A DNA stretch of 64,000 bases from Planctomycetota bacterium (GTDB taxonomy: Bacteria; Planctomycetota; Brocadiia; JAADGH01): the NCBI GenBank assembly GCA_040755855.1, contig JBFMAD010000004.1, positions 96,001 to 160,000 of the forward strand, written 5' to 3'. A program made the position numbers and the translations under genes. Below, in pieces: positions 9,052 to 18,501 of the stretch (positions are counted from its first letter, which is position 1; each line of letters begins with the position of its first letter). The notes under the pieces were generated by a model. It was not told the origin of the DNA, ran no database searches, and saw only the letters and a program-made list of their open reading frames with translations.

Positions 9052-10314
9052 CTACATGTTTTCCTTTCGCCAGCTTGCGCGGCAGAGGTGGACCTTGCCC
9101 GGGGGAGAGATGCGGAAGTCAATTTTCACGCGGTCTACCTTCTCGCCGACATCGAACGTGTAGCTTTTCTCCTGCCACTGTGCGCTGAGCGGGACGGGAT
9201 CGAGTGACTTCTTCTCGCCCTCGGTGTAGTTCCATTTCTCGTCAATCTCGATGAATGTGACGATCGGCGTAATCGTCCGCGGCGTCTCGTCCGCCAAGCG
9301 CGCGGTGATGGCGAACTCCGTCCGGCCCGGTTCGGGACCGTAGATCCATGTACCTGTGCCGTTCTCAAACGCCGCCGCGCGATTCTTTGATGAGGTCTTC
9401 ACATCCGGCGGCGCGTAGCCGCACTGGAGGAAGCCGTCGGGCCGGTCGTTCTTGTCAATGTCGGACGCGAACGTCGGATTGGGCATCTGCTCGGTCCGCT
9501 TGTCGAAATGATCGCGCGGGTTCTGGACCGCCTTCACGGCGTCGGCCATCACCATCCACGGCAGATTGTTCTCGCGGACGAACTTGCAGATTTCCTCCAG
9601 CCCCTGCGCCGTGCCGTCCTCGTCCTTAACCACGTGCCAGAGAGGGATTACGACGAGTCCATGTTGAATCCCGTCGGTCATCCGGGTCTTGACGCACTCC
9701 GTCTCCTTGACCGAATCCCCCTTTCCGCCGTTGTATCCCCAACTGCCGATTCCCCCACGTCCGAGGCTGAGGGGATCGTCCTTGAGATGCCAGTGCATGT
9801 TGTGGATTCGATATGGCGGCAGTCCCACGCGGCCCGCAGCGTAGTCATAGTGTTTGGCAAGCGTGCGGCGCAGCGGCTCCGACCATCCCTGCCCCTTGCC
9901 GCCGGGCTCGTTCCAACCGCGGGTCTTGACGCCGAGTTTTTCGAGGATGGCCAGCGACTTCTCGATGCGCTCCGGCCATTGCTTCTCGTTGGCGGGATTG
10001 CCCCAGAAGGCGGCCTCGTGGAAGAGCGTGTGGTCGTGGATCTCGTGGCCGGCCTTGTGCATCTCGCGGACCTGGTCGCTGGTCAGGCGGCCGGGCTTGT
10101 CGAGATGCCCTGTCACCACCCCGAAGCTCCCTTTCTGGTTGTATTTTTCGAGGATGCGAAAGCCATAGGTGTAGTGCCCGATCGTGCTGTCGTCAAACTG
10201 GAACACGACGATGCCGATGCGGTGATCCATCTTCTTGCCCCCCGATGCCGCATCCGCGCCGCACGGCGAGACGATCATGGCCCACAACAGTATCGCAAAC
10301 AAGGTGCGTTGCAT
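9052..10314 (-). CDS. Secreted polysaccharide deacetylase (CE4/NodB-like) with C-terminal carbohydrate-binding-like domain
   Basis: FQFDD, GHEIHDHTLFH, LWH motifs; signal peptide. Confidence 0.75.
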   Translation of the reverse strand: MQRTLFAILLWAMIVSPCGADAASGGKKMDHRIGIVVFQFDDSTIGHYTYGFRILEKYNQKGSFGVVTGHLDKPGRLTSDQVREMHKAGHEIHDHTLFHEAAFWGNPANEKQWPERIEKSLAILEKLGVKTRGWNEPGGKGQGWSEPLRRTLAKHYDYAAGRVGLPPYRIHNMHWHLKDDPLSLGRGGIGSWGYNGGKGDSVKETECVKTRMTDGIQHGLVVIPLWHVVKDEDGTAQGLEEICKFVRENNLPWMVMADAVKAVQNPRDHFDKRTEQMPNPTFASDIDKNDRPDGFLQCGYAPPDVKTSSKNRAAAFENGTGTWIYGPEPGRTEFAITARLADETPRTITPIVTFIEIDEKWNYTEGEKKSLDPVPLSAQWQEKSYTFDVGEKVDRVKIDFRISPPGKVHLCRASWRKENM

Positions 10315-10336
10315 GGGAGCCCTCCCTTCTGTTCGA

Positions 10337-13213
10337 TTACTCCAGCACCAGATACCCCGCCTCCTCCAGCCGATAGGCCGATCCCATCGGACCGACCCAG
10401 CAGATCCACTGGCCGGTCTCGTTCCGATGGACGGCCAGGTTGAAAGCCAGCTTGAGTCCCGCCTTCGGCGTGATCCCCGCCGCCGCGATGGGGATGGCCC
10501 ACTCGCAGGTCCATTCTTTCTCCCCCACCTTCACGGCATAACGAACGGCCTTGCCGAGATTCTCCGCCACATCGGCCGGGGCCTTGGCGAGGGTTACACT
10601 CTCGTGAAGGCCGGAAAGGAACCCATGAAGCACGAAGATCGGGCCCGGCTTCTCGCCGGACAAATCCTGGAAGCAAACCTCCATCGCATCGTCCGGGCCC
10701 CACTTCTCCGTCCGCACCAACTTCGACACGTCCTTGATCGGCACGGCGACAGCGACGTAAAGACATTGATCGTCCCAGCATACCTGCGCCGAGCAGGCCG
10801 GGCCTTCGATGGGCAGGCGCTGGGGCGTCTGGTTCATGGCCATCGCCGCCTCCGGCCACTCGCCGGGGGAGAGGACGCCGTCCACCTGCGGCGGGTTCCC
10901 GATTTTATTTGTCATAAATGGCGTCGTATTGCGCGGATACGGATTGGCCTTCGCGGGCTTTGGCGGCGGCTTGGGCATGAGGTCGAGCTTGAGCGGATGC
11001 TCGCGCACGCCCTCGGCCTCGACGATGGGCCACGAGGCGCGGAGCGGGTCGTCGTATGGCCCGATCTTCTCGACGGGGATTTGCTTGATGCCCAGCTTGT
11101 GCGCCGGCGACTCTGGCCTCAGACAGAAGTCGTCGTTTTTTGCATTCACGAATAATGGATCGGCCACGATCGAGTGCGCATCGAAGCCGAGCTTCTTCCA
11201 CTCCTCCCACTGCTTCTCCGGCGGGACTTTGTCCATGCCGACTGTGATTGGATTGCCGAAGGTCCAGATGAGATTGTAGTCTGATTCCGTCGTCGCCGCC
11301 CGCAACTCGCGCTGGAAATAGAGCTTCGCTGCTGGATCGGAATAGCAGCATACGTTGCGGAGGAACTTGTTGCCAGCCATCTGGTTCCATTCGTTTTCGT
11401 CGCTTTGGAACATCTGGACCAGGCCGGGGTATTTTTGGTACACGGGGAGTTTGCCGAACTTCATCAGGTCGTCCACGCGCCCCTTGGCCCCGGCCTTGCA
11501 CTCGGGCAGGTTCGCGGCGCCGTTGTACCACATCTGCGCGGTCTTGCCGTCAATGAGGAAGTTGTTCTCGATCACATTGTCGCGTCCGCCGTGGATAAAC
11601 GGCCCGCCGAGGACGATCCGCGCGCAGATGTTGCCATAGACCGTCGTGCCGGACGTGAAGTTGTCGAGGTAGATTCCCCAGCAATAATACGGCGAGACCC
11701 ACTCCCCGTCGCGGTTTTTTCCGAAGCCGATCGTGTCGTGGATGTAGTTGTAGCGCAGGATCGTCCCGCGCATGGTCCAATTGCTGTTGCAGGCGTTGAT
11801 GCCCGCCGTGTCGGAGATCTCCGTGTTGGTGTGACGGACATGGTTAAGCTCAATGATATGATCGCTGCCGTGCCACCGGATGCCCTGGCGCGGCGTGTCG
11901 TGGACGAGGTTGCGCGACATGCGGTTCCCCACGCCGTCGCAAGAGAGGCCGCTGGCTGCCTTGTAGAGAATCCCGATATGATGGATGTAGTTGTTGTCCG
12001 CGTAGTTGTTGCAGGGGGTCAGCGTCTCGCGGTCGCCGCCGCTGAGGCTGATGCCGTTGCCGCCGACGTCGTAGATGTCGTTCCCCACGGCGCCGTTGCT
12101 CGTGCCGCCGTTCAGACTGACGGCAGAGCCGCGAAACCCGCCGATATTTCGGATGGTGTTCCTGGCGATCAGGCAATGCTCCGACTGCCAGGCGTTTACG
12201 CCAAATTCATCGGCGCACTCGATGGTAAAGCCCTGGATGGTGATGTAGGACGCTTTCCACAGACTGACGACGGCCTTCGTGGTCGGCGCGGCGACGACGG
12301 CCCCCTCCAGCGTTCCAGGCGGCCAGAAATAGAGCGTCCGGTTCGCCTTGTCGAGATACCACTCCCCAGGCGCGTCCAGTTCTTCGAGAAGGTTGTGCAC
12401 ATAAAACCGGCAACCTGGCTTCATTCCGAAACGCCGGTCGCCAAGGAAATTCTCGAATCCATTGTCGGGCTTCAGGTGGATAAGCCCCTTCTCTTTGTCC
12501 ACAGATGCGACCCCAACGATATGGTTCCACCAGTTGTGGTTGGGGTGCAGGAAGACCTCGCCCTCCTCCGGGTGCGCCCAGTTATGGATGTACTCGGGCC
12601 GGACATGGAGTGTGCGGCGCTCCTCAACTGTCTCCTCGATGGGCTTGCCATAGTGCTGCACCACATCGCCGGGGATGAAGGCCCAGCCGCCGCAGACAGG
12701 GGCATCAGGATCGAAGTTCGGATAGCGCGCCAAGTGCTGTCGTTTGCCGTTGTAAAAAAGTTGACGGAAGGGAAACTCGGAAAAGCCCTGGGCCTTCAGA
12801 TCGGCCTTGAGGATTTCACCCTTGTGGGGGACGAAGCCGGTGATGGGCCTGCCCCCGACGAGGATCGCCTTCTCGTTCTCATAGGCCCGATAAACGATCC
12901 GGCCCTCCGCCGCGCCGGAGTCTTCGGGACGGAGTTCGAGTCCATCGGCAAGAAAGTATGTCCCGGCGCGGACGAAGACCGTCGCGCCCTTCGGCAGGCC
13001 GTCCTTCTTCTTTGCCTCACGGATCACTTCCCGCGCGCGGGTGATCGTGGCTAAGGGGCCGTTGGTCTTCTCGGCGTTCGCCTCGGCGAGTATCCCCGAC
13101 CATTGGTCATTCCCGTTCGCGGCAACGTAGAACACCGCCCCCGTCTGCTCCTGCGCCATGGCGGATGTAACCCAAAGAACGACGGCCAGACAGAGATTCA
13201 ATCCTCTCACCAT
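10337..13213 (-). CDS. Secreted right-handed parallel beta-helix protein with C-terminal CBM9-like sugar-binding domain
   Basis: FYVAANGND, ARYPN, ELDAPGEWY, GIYLD motifs; C-terminal PQVDG..GEW, WTCEWAIP. Confidence 0.8.
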   Translation of the reverse strand: MVRGLNLCLAVVLWVTSAMAQEQTGAVFYVAANGNDQWSGILAEANAEKTNGPLATITRAREVIREAKKKDGLPKGATVFVRAGTYFLADGLELRPEDSGAAEGRIVYRAYENEKAILVGGRPITGFVPHKGEILKADLKAQGFSEFPFRQLFYNGKRQHLARYPNFDPDAPVCGGWAFIPGDVVQHYGKPIEETVEERRTLHVRPEYIHNWAHPEEGEVFLHPNHNWWNHIVGVASVDKEKGLIHLKPDNGFENFLGDRRFGMKPGCRFYVHNLLEELDAPGEWYLDKANRTLYFWPPGTLEGAVVAAPTTKAVVSLWKASYITIQGFTIECADEFGVNAWQSEHCLIARNTIRNIGGFRGSAVSLNGGTSNGAVGNDIYDVGGNGISLSGGDRETLTPCNNYADNNYIHHIGILYKAASGLSCDGVGNRMSRNLVHDTPRQGIRWHGSDHIIELNHVRHTNTEISDTAGINACNSNWTMRGTILRYNYIHDTIGFGKNRDGEWVSPYYCWGIYLDNFTSGTTVYGNICARIVLGGPFIHGGRDNVIENNFLIDGKTAQMWYNGAANLPECKAGAKGRVDDLMKFGKLPVYQKYPGLVQMFQSDENEWNQMAGNKFLRNVCCYSDPAAKLYFQRELRAATTESDYNLIWTFGNPITVGMDKVPPEKQWEEWKKLGFDAHSIVADPLFVNAKNDDFCLRPESPAHKLGIKQIPVEKIGPYDDPLRASWPIVEAEGVREHPLKLDLMPKPPPKPAKANPYPRNTTPFMTNKIGNPPQVDGVLSPGEWPEAAMAMNQTPQRLPIEGPACSAQVCWDDQCLYVAVAVPIKDVSKLVRTEKWGPDDAMEVCFQDLSGEKPGPIFVLHGFLSGLHESVTLAKAPADVAENLGKAVRYAVKVGEKEWTCEWAIPIAAAGITPKAGLKLAFNLAVHRNETGQWICWVGPMGSAYRLEEAGYLVLE

Positions 13214-13347
13214 GAATACCTCCTCTGTTTACAGACGCCTCGCGGACTGCCGGAGATTGTAGCACATATTCGCCGCTTCGCCAACGGGCAATCCATTTCC
13301 GGAAGTCCGTTGCTTTTCGTTCGATACAGTGTATAATCCTGGTATCG

Positions 13348-13509
13348 TAATCTTAATCCTAATCTTAATCTCTCCATCCACGCGGAACGGGCAAGAAGGG
13401 AAAGAGAGATTAGGATTAGGATTAGGATTAGGATTAGGATTAGGATTAGGATTAGGAGTAGGAGTAGGATTAGGATTAGGAGTAGGAGTAGGAGCAGGAG
13501 AAGGAGTAG
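13348..13509. repeat. Hexamer-periodic inverted-repeat element with an expanded GA(T/G)TAG arm (~17 copies)
   Basis: TAATCTTAATCCTAATCTTAATCTCTC (13348-13374) pairs with GAGAGATTAGGATTAG... (13404-13509). Confidence 0.9.
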
Positions 13510-13525
13510 GGTTTACGGAGGAACC

Positions 13526-14515
13526 ATGTCGGACCAAACTGCATCCCGGATAGACACCGTCGGACTCGTCGGTCTCGGCCTGATGGGCCGGGGCATCGCC
13601 GCCTGCCTGCTGAGTCACGGACTAAAGGTAGTGGCCTTCAACCGCACCCATGCGCGGATCGAGAAGGCTCGCACCTTCATCGCCGAGGCCATGCGGGACC
13701 TCGTCGAACACCACATCGCAAGGGAGTCGCAGGTCGCCGGCTGGGAGGAGCGCTTCCGAGTGGCGCGGTCGTTCAAGTGCCTGGCCGAGTGCCCCTTCAT
13801 CATCGAGTCGGTCAAGGAGGATCTGGACCTGAAGCACAGCCTCTACGCCGAGTTGGAGGAGTGCGTGCCCGCCGACGCAGTGATCGCGTCGAACACATCC
13901 AGCTTCCCCCTCGCTATGATCCAGGCCAAGGCGAAGCGCCCTGAGCGGTTCGTCGTCATGCACTGGTCCGAGCCGGCGTGGATCACGCGGTTCATGGAGA
14001 TCGTCAAGAACGAAAAGACCGCCGCCCACGCCCTCGCATTGACGAAACGCCTGGGCGAGATGTGCGACAAGGACCCAAGCGTCCTGAACCTGGACATCCG
14101 GGGCTTCATTACCAACCGCCTGATGTATGCGTTCATCCGCGAGGCGTGCTACCTGGCCGACGCGGGGGTGGCCGACATCGAGAGCATTGACCGCTCCTTC
14201 CGCAACGACGTCGGCTGGTGGGCCACCCTCGCCGGGCCGTTCCGGTGGATGGACCTGACGGGCATCCACGCCTATGGGCTGGTGATGCAGGGCCTGCTGC
14301 CTGACCTCTGCGACCGCAAGGGCCTACCCGACATCATGAAGAGGATGATGGAGCAAAACGCCGAAGGCACCGCCAACCACAAGGGCTTTTACTCCTACAA
14401 CCACGAGACCGCCAAGGCCTGGGAAGACGCATGGATTGACTTCACCTACGACATCCGAAAGTTGGTGGACAAGTACGATAAGCGGCTGAAGGATGCCGGG
14501 GCGATCGGAGCGTAG
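13526..14515 (+). CDS. 3-hydroxyacyl-CoA dehydrogenase family protein
   Basis: GLGLMGRGIA Rossmann motif, ESVKEDLDLK, ASNTSS, GFITNR, GPFRWMD. Confidence 0.9.
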   Translation: MSDQTASRIDTVGLVGLGLMGRGIAACLLSHGLKVVAFNRTHARIEKARTFIAEAMRDLVEHHIARESQVAGWEERFRVARSFKCLAECPFIIESVKEDLDLKHSLYAELEECVPADAVIASNTSSFPLAMIQAKAKRPERFVVMHWSEPAWITRFMEIVKNEKTAAHALALTKRLGEMCDKDPSVLNLDIRGFITNRLMYAFIREACYLADAGVADIESIDRSFRNDVGWWATLAGPFRWMDLTGIHAYGLVMQGLLPDLCDRKGLPDIMKRMMEQNAEGTANHKGFYSYNHETAKAWEDAWIDFTYDIRKLVDKYDKRLKDAGAIGA

Positions 14516-14524
14516 CGCGGCGGT

Positions 14525-15424
14525 TCAATCGGGCTTCGGGGCGATGACCACAAGACCGCGCGGGACGACGGAGAGATTCGCCGGCAGCAGGCCGACCGCA
14601 TCGCCGTCCAACTGCACGCGAACGGGGTCCTCGCTTTCCAGGCGGACCTCGCGCGCCGCGACGTGCGTCACATAGCGGTAGCGGAGGTGCCGACCGCCCA
14701 TGATTCCCCACAGGCAACGAAGCAGGTCCCGCGTGTTCTTCACGGACACGGCGCACACGTCGAGCAGACCGTCGTGGGGGTCGGCGCGAGGCGTCGGGCG
14801 GAACGGCCCGCCGTAGGTGCGGATGTTCCCGACGATCACCGAGGTCGCCGGCTTGAGAAGGGGGCTGCCCTCGATGGAGACGCGAATCTCAGGAAAGTGG
14901 AAATCGCGGATGCTCTGGAGTATGGGCACAACGTACTGATGGTATCGGCTCGACGTTCCCCGTACGCCCTTGTAGGCATGCGCCGCGTCGGCGTCCAGGC
15001 CCACGCCCGCCATGCACAGGAAAATCCTCTCAACACCCTCCGAAGGGAAGCAGGCTAGGCCGACGTCGATGGCGCGGGAGACCCCCGCTGCCAGCACGCC
15101 GGAGGCGCCCTTCAGGGAAAGCGGAATGCCCAGGTCCCTGGCAAAGACGTTTGCCGTCCCAAGGGGGAGGATGCCGAGGGGCGTGTCGGTCCTCAGAAGC
15201 CCCGAGGCCACCTCGTTGACCGTGCCGTCGCCGCCGGCGGCTACGACCATGTCGTAGTCTTTGCGCTTCTCTCGCGCTATCGTTTCAGCGTCGCCGCGTT
15301 GAGCGGTCTGGATGATCTCGGCCTCGATCTCTTGTTCCTTGAGCCGCTTTCGTATGCGAGCGGGGGTCCGCGCGCCCCATCGGGCGCCGGCAATGGGATT
15401 CATGATGACGAGGGCGTTTCTCAT
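14525..15424 (-). CDS. Diacylglycerol kinase family lipid kinase
   Basis: NPIAG, GGDGTVNEV, PLGTANVFA, QLDGD. Confidence 0.92.
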   Translation of the reverse strand: MRNALVIMNPIAGARWGARTPARIRKRLKEQEIEAEIIQTAQRGDAETIAREKRKDYDMVVAAGGDGTVNEVASGLLRTDTPLGILPLGTANVFARDLGIPLSLKGASGVLAAGVSRAIDVGLACFPSEGVERIFLCMAGVGLDADAAHAYKGVRGTSSRYHQYVVPILQSIRDFHFPEIRVSIEGSPLLKPATSVIVGNIRTYGGPFRPTPRADPHDGLLDVCAVSVKNTRDLLRCLWGIMGGRHLRYRYVTHVAAREVRLESEDPVRVQLDGDAVGLLPANLSVVPRGLVVIAPKPD

Positions 15425-15889
15425 ACCTCTTCCAACATCCGGCGAAAGGTGCACCGTGAGTATAATAGCCGTACGCACACCCTGCGGTCAAGGGGGGCTT
15501 GTGCGACACTTCGTCCTTAGTGGCCGCGGTGGTCCGCTCTGTGGGATGGCGAGTCTCTCCTTCCATCGCCCCGCGGCCTTGATGATGCACAGCACGCCGC
15601 CCGCTGGCACACCCCTAACCAGGTACGCGTCTCCCTCCCTCTCGCTGCTGACAGACTTCTTTTCCTTGAGGAGATAGGAGAGGGCGGAGCATAGGGAAAG
15701 ACCGGGAAATGGACGCCACTTTACACTAATTCTCACTAACAGCCCTTCTCTGTGTGCAGGCGCGTCGCTCAACGTCTGTCTGAATTTTCGTCTCTCTTCA
15801 GCTCTTTGCCCTTCGAACCATTTGACCGGCTCACAATTGCGTTGTATACTCATGTGGGGTGGCGTTCACGCCACCATTAGACTGGGGAA

Positions 15890-15963
15890 CCATGAAGGAC
15901 ACAAAGATCACGAAGAAAGCATCCACCATATATTTCTCCTCGTGTTCTTCCTGCCTTCATGGT
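15890..15963. repeat. Empty 9-nt-periodic inverted-repeat unit (same style as the GxxExxY flanks)
   Basis: ACCATGAAGG...CCTTCATGGT arms with inner AAGATCACGA/TCGTGTTCTT. Confidence 0.6.
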
Positions 15964-15990
15964 AAACATGGTACTGGAGCAATTAACTCA

Positions 15991-18240
15991 ATGCGACGAA
16001 TAGCGAGACTCGTCATTTTGGTTGTGTGCACTGGTGCGCTTCCGTGCAGCACCGGATATCTGTCGGCACAGAATGGTGCTGAATTGATAGCTGCCGCGCG
16101 TGATGGGAATACCAAGAGAGTGAAACAGCTTCTCGACTCGGGTCTTAGCCCGAACGTGACCGATGCCCACGGAAACACTCCCCTTCACTACGCGGCGATG
16201 CAGGGACACGAGAATGTAGCACAGATCCTCTTTTTGAAGGGTGCCGACATCAATGCGAAAAACATGCGGGGCACGACTCCCTTGCATTGCGCTGCAATGC
16301 ATGGCCACAATGATATAGGGATGTTCCTGATCGGCAAGGGGGCCGATGTAAGCGTGCCAGACTTGCCAGATTGCTGGACTCCCCTACATTGGGCAGTAAG
16401 TCACTCATCGAAAGAACTCATCGAACTCTTGATCGAGAAGGGCGCTGACGTGAACGGAAAGGACCGTTTAGGTCAGACCCCACTGTATCTTGCCGTGTGT
16501 TCGCCACTATCGTATCGACAGGAAATCGTAGACGTTCTGCTACGTAGCGGAGCGCAGACATCCCTGCTGCTCGCCGCAGGTGCAGGGGACATGCGCCGAG
16601 TAAGGGAGATTCTTGCCAGAGGAATTCCTGTAGATGCCACCGAGAAGTATGAAGAGACAGCTTTATACTGGGCCGCGAAAAACGGCCACAAGGACATGGC
16701 TGAGCTTCTCATTGACAAGGGTGCGGATGTGCGAGCAAGGACGAAACACGGCTGGACCCCCCTGCATTCCGCCGCAGGAAAGCGCGGCAATGTAGACCTT
16801 GTGCGCCTGTTGATCGCAAAAGGCGCTGAAGTAAATGCAACGGGCCACAAGGGAGACACGCCTCTTCACACGACTGCCCGAGACGGGGACGAGCACATCG
16901 CCAAGCTTCTGATAGATAATGGGGCTGACATCGAAGCGAAGGGCGCGAATGGTTGGACCCCCATATACTTTGCTGTGGCGGTCAGCAACAACAAACGAGT
17001 TGCTGCGTACCTCGTCCGTGTTGGCGCGAATGTCAATATTACGGATGACATAGGATGGCCCCCACTACTCTGGGCCGCACGGTGGGGCCACAAGGAAGGA
17101 GTGGAACTTCTCATTGCTGGTGGCTGCAATGTCAATGCAAAGGCCAAAGACGGGCTGACCGCCTTGTACTGGGCGGCGCAAGAAGGTCATGTGGAAGTGG
17201 CGAGGCTTCTGATCCGCGCAGGTGCCAATACCGAGGCAGGCTACCAGGGAATGACGCCCTTGCTCCGTGCCTGCTGCGTAAATCGGACAGAGGTGGCCAA
17301 GCTTCTCATCGAAATGGGTGCAGACCCCAAGGCTACAGATGGCCCCGGCACAGTGCTGTCGGTTGCTATCGGTAACGGAAACAAGGAATTGGTGGAGTTG
17401 GCGGTGGCCAAGGGGGTTCCGTGCAAGAACGGCCTGCCGTTGGCCTTGCGCTGTAAGCATCGAGATATTGCCAGATTCCTCATTGGGAAGGGTCCTGACA
17501 TCAACGGAAGGGACCCCGAATCTGGCTATACGGCGCTGCACTATGCATCAGGGGAAGACAAGGAATTTGCCGAACTCCTCATTGCCAACGGCGCTGATGT
17601 CAATGCGAAGAGCAATGGCGGCACTACTCCGTTATTCTGCGCGCTCGGAAGATCAGACATCGTGGAGCTTCTAATCGCGAAAGGCGCAGACATCAATGCA
17701 AAGCTCACCGGATGCGGCAGAATGCCCCTACACGATGCCTCATTCGGGGGGCACAAGGATACTGCACAGATTCTGATCTCGCACGGGGCAGATGTCAATT
17801 CTCGGGATGCCGAAGGCGGCACGCCGTTGCACCATGCTAGAAGCGATGAGATGGCCAAAATGCTCATCGTAGCTGGTGCCGATGTGAATGCTCAGAGCAG
17901 AAACGGGGAGGCTCCCCTTCACAGAGCAGCGTCATTCGGGTTTGTGAAGCTTGCCGAAGTCTTGATCACCGAAGGCGCTCGGCCCGACACGAGGGATGTC
18001 CTGGAGCAAACGCCCTTGCACTATGCCGCAATGTGTGGAAAGGAGGATATTGCGGAGATTCTCATCGCCGGCGGTGCTGATGTCAACGCAAGGAACAACG
18101 TTGGCAAGACCCCTCGGGATGTTGCTCGATCCTGGGAGATGGGGGAATTCCTCCGCAAGCACGGCGGGAAGACGGGAAAGGAACTGAGCGAGGAAGGCAA
18201 AGGGCAGAAATCAGAAGTCAAAAGGCAGGAGAAGAATTGA
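15991..18240 (+). CDS. Secreted ankyrin-repeat protein (~20 repeats)
   Basis: Repeated GxTPLHxAA...GADVN; N-terminal signal-like segment. Confidence 0.95.
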   Translation: MRRIARLVILVVCTGALPCSTGYLSAQNGAELIAAARDGNTKRVKQLLDSGLSPNVTDAHGNTPLHYAAMQGHENVAQILFLKGADINAKNMRGTTPLHCAAMHGHNDIGMFLIGKGADVSVPDLPDCWTPLHWAVSHSSKELIELLIEKGADVNGKDRLGQTPLYLAVCSPLSYRQEIVDVLLRSGAQTSLLLAAGAGDMRRVREILARGIPVDATEKYEETALYWAAKNGHKDMAELLIDKGADVRARTKHGWTPLHSAAGKRGNVDLVRLLIAKGAEVNATGHKGDTPLHTTARDGDEHIAKLLIDNGADIEAKGANGWTPIYFAVAVSNNKRVAAYLVRVGANVNITDDIGWPPLLWAARWGHKEGVELLIAGGCNVNAKAKDGLTALYWAAQEGHVEVARLLIRAGANTEAGYQGMTPLLRACCVNRTEVAKLLIEMGADPKATDGPGTVLSVAIGNGNKELVELAVAKGVPCKNGLPLALRCKHRDIARFLIGKGPDINGRDPESGYTALHYASGEDKEFAELLIANGADVNAKSNGGTTPLFCALGRSDIVELLIAKGADINAKLTGCGRMPLHDASFGGHKDTAQILISHGADVNSRDAEGGTPLHHARSDEMAKMLIVAGADVNAQSRNGEAPLHRAASFGFVKLAEVLITEGARPDTRDVLEQTPLHYAAMCGKEDIAEILIAGGADVNARNNVGKTPRDVARSWEMGEFLRKHGGKTGKELSEEGKGQKSEVKRQEKN

Positions 18241-18268
18241 CTTCGAATTAAACGGCCATGTTTCTCAG

Positions 18269-18364
18269 CTTCGTGCACTTCGTGGTTTCTATGCTGCCTG
18301 CTTCCTTCTCTAACCTCCGTGGCCTCTGTGGTGAGATCACTCGTTGCTTCGCGCTTGCGCGGGA
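18269..18364. repeat. Cluster of repeat half-sites (9-nt-periodic arms and a CGTC-REP-like arm)
   Basis: CTTCGTGCACTTCGTGGT, CTCCGTGGCCTCTGTGGT, CGCTTGCGCGGGA. Confidence 0.55.
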
Positions 18365-18501
18365 GTAATGAATCGGTGGGACTTCCAGATCATGTTCCCG
18401 GCCTTCGCTCACATACATTGACACCCCGATCCCGCCTGTGATAGGATGAAGGTAGAGAGGAACGCGGTTCTCGAAATTTCGTATCTACGGGAGATTGGAA
18501 G

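Noticed and set aside
13408..13509. Telomere-like repeat or eukaryotic contamination
   Set aside because: Internal position, bacterial genes on both sides, and a complementary arm upstream
13229..13618. ORFs with PNPNPN or LGLGLG runs
   Set aside because: Translation artefacts of the hexamer DNA repeat; they overlap real genes
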